From a candidate division WOR-3 bacterium (GTDB lineage: Bacteria > Hydrothermota > Hydrothermia > LBFQ01), in the NCBI GenBank assembly GCA_027050205.1, contig JALUCS010000123.1:1-26308 (forward strand): 26,308 nt of DNA, in the 5' to 3' direction. The position numbers and the translations under genes were made by a program. The notes under the pieces are model-generated. The model searched no databases. It had not been told where the DNA came from and saw nothing but the letters and a program-made list of their open reading frames with translations. Position 1 is the first letter of the stretch. Each line of letters opens with the position of its first letter. Below, one piece after another: positions 25,230-26,308 of the stretch.

Positions 25230-25904
25230 TCAAAGCTCAACTATCCTGTACTCCTTGGGGTCTATCGCGGGTCCCTCGTAGGCGCACACGCCGAGACGGG
25301 GGGAGTTGACCACGGGGAGGACCTCGTCCTCCATCTCATCCGCGTCGTAGCACTCCTCACAGATGAACTTCTCCCTGTATATGTGGAAGTACTTGGCCGG
25401 CCTCTGACCGCACACCTCACAGGTGAAGGTGGGAGGGTCGTTCTGGCCGACGATGGATACGCCGTCCCTCCGGAGGGGAGCCTTAACGGAGCCGAGGACG
25501 TAGAGGCTCACGTAGGTGGGGGTACCGAAGTCGTACTCGTATCGGAAATCCGAGTTGGGCCGTAGTACATCGGAGAGGGGGACGTCCATAGACCTTTCGC
25601 CCGGACCCGGATGGCTGTAGTAGTAGGTGCTACGTATCTTGAAGGCGCTCATATGCCCACAGCACTCCACCCAAACGTCCCGCAGGAAGCGGTCCAGCTC
25701 CTTCAGAGTCAAGTCCTTCCTTGCGGCAAACACCATCCAGAAGGGGTCGCTCCCGGACATCCAGTAGGGCTTCCCCTTGGCGAGGATGAGAAAGGCGTCC
25801 TCCCCGGTCTTCATCTCCCACACGTGGCGTTGGAAGTGGGTCCAAAGTCCGCGTCCCTTGACGTTCTCACCGCAGTAGAAACACTTACCGTCAAGTATGC
25901 CCAT
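25230..25904 (-). CDS. pRiA4b ORF3-like protein with Cys/His zinc-binding motifs
   Basis: ATG 25904 follows the thiolase stop. CFYC..H...H, WVECCGHMSAF, YEYDFG, CEVC/CEEC, NSPRLGVC. Confidence 0.75.
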   Translation of the reverse strand: MGILDGKCFYCGENVKGRGLWTHFQRHVWEMKTGEDAFLILAKGKPYWMSGSDPFWMVFAARKDLTLKELDRFLRDVWVECCGHMSAFKIRSTYYYSHPGPGERSMDVPLSDVLRPNSDFRYEYDFGTPTYVSLYVLGSVKAPLRRDGVSIVGQNDPPTFTCEVCGQRPAKYFHIYREKFICEECYDADEMEDEVLPVVNSPRLGVCAYEGPAIDPKEYRIVEL

Positions 25905-25906
25905 CC

Positions 25907-26308
25907 TCACTCCCCGAGCATCTCTATGGCCATGGCGACGGAGCCGCCTCCTCCGAGGCAGAGGGCCGCCAGACCGAGCTTGCCACCCGTGCGTTTGAGG
26001 GCGTGGATGAGGGTGACGAGTATCCGGGCGCCCGAAGCCCCGATGGGGTGGCCGAGGGCGATGGCTCCACCGTGGATGTTGAACTTGTTCCAGTCCCACG
26101 GCATCACCCTGTAGTCGGCCAGGACCTGGGCGGCGAAGGCCTCGTTTATCTCTATCAGGTCAAACTCGTTTATGTCCTTGAGGCCTATCTGGTCCATGAC
26201 CTTCTTGATGGCTATGGGAGGGGCGAAGAAGAGGTCCTTGGGGTCGGTGAAGCCGCTCGCGTAGGCCAGGATGCGGGCTACGGGCTTGAAACCGTTGGCC
26301 CTCGCCCA
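25907..26308 (-). CDS. Acetyl-CoA C-acyltransferase (thiolase), 5' end outside the window
   Basis: EINEAFAAQ, NIHGGAIALGHPIGASGAR and CLGGG motifs; frame open to the window end. Confidence 0.95.
   Translation of the reverse strand, partial: WARANGFKPVARILAYASGFTDPKDLFFAPPIAIKKVMDQIGLKDINEFDLIEINEAFAAQVLADYRVMPWDWNKFNIHGGAIALGHPIGASGARILVTLIHALKRTGGKLGLAALCLGGGGSVAMAIEMLGE

Noticed and set aside
1109..26114. Many antisense or alternate-frame ORFs in the track (e.g. 3029-3592, 7255-7785, 14301-14825, 25611-26114)
   Set aside because: They are shadow ORFs of well-supported genes in GC-rich DNA and have no recognisable motifs.

Overview
GC-rich, tightly packed bacterial window, probably from a thermophile (inferred from Glu/Lys/Arg-rich proteins, a Thermus-like V/A-ATPase proteolipid and a T9SS-tail-like secreted protein). 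Most of it is housekeeping: yraN, rplS, DUF1015/serA-like, pdxS-parA-parB, an IS1 InsA-like remnant, rimM-khpA-rpsP, sufS, a methyltransferase, coaD, hpt, a DUF3365 cytochrome c, EamA, an FG-GAP/PQQ propeller, a tRNA nucleotidyltransferase, a wHTH protein, a MoxR ATPase, V/A-ATPase subunits E/K/I, an outer-membrane barrel, DUF554, a GT4, a flavin reductase, a pRiA4b-ORF3-like protein and a thiolase. The standout is a Ro60/TROVE (rsr) module at about 18250-20480 with AT-rich edges and two hand-folded structured RNAs. The upstream one (~190-230 nt) has a circularly permuted tRNA-like, YrlA-type domain. The downstream one is a compact 97-nt Y-RNA-like rod with a bulged helix, a pyrimidine-rich loop and a tRNA-Phe-like CUGAAAA apical loop. 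The same 14-bp element containing a -10 box precedes both rsr and the downstream RNA. Also seen: TANNNT boxes 7-9 nt before most operon-leading start codons (leaderless mRNAs), a CTG-initiated rimM, and an rpsP-rimM...rplS operon split by a block lying where trmD normally sits. All RNA structures were paired by eye; no database searches were run.
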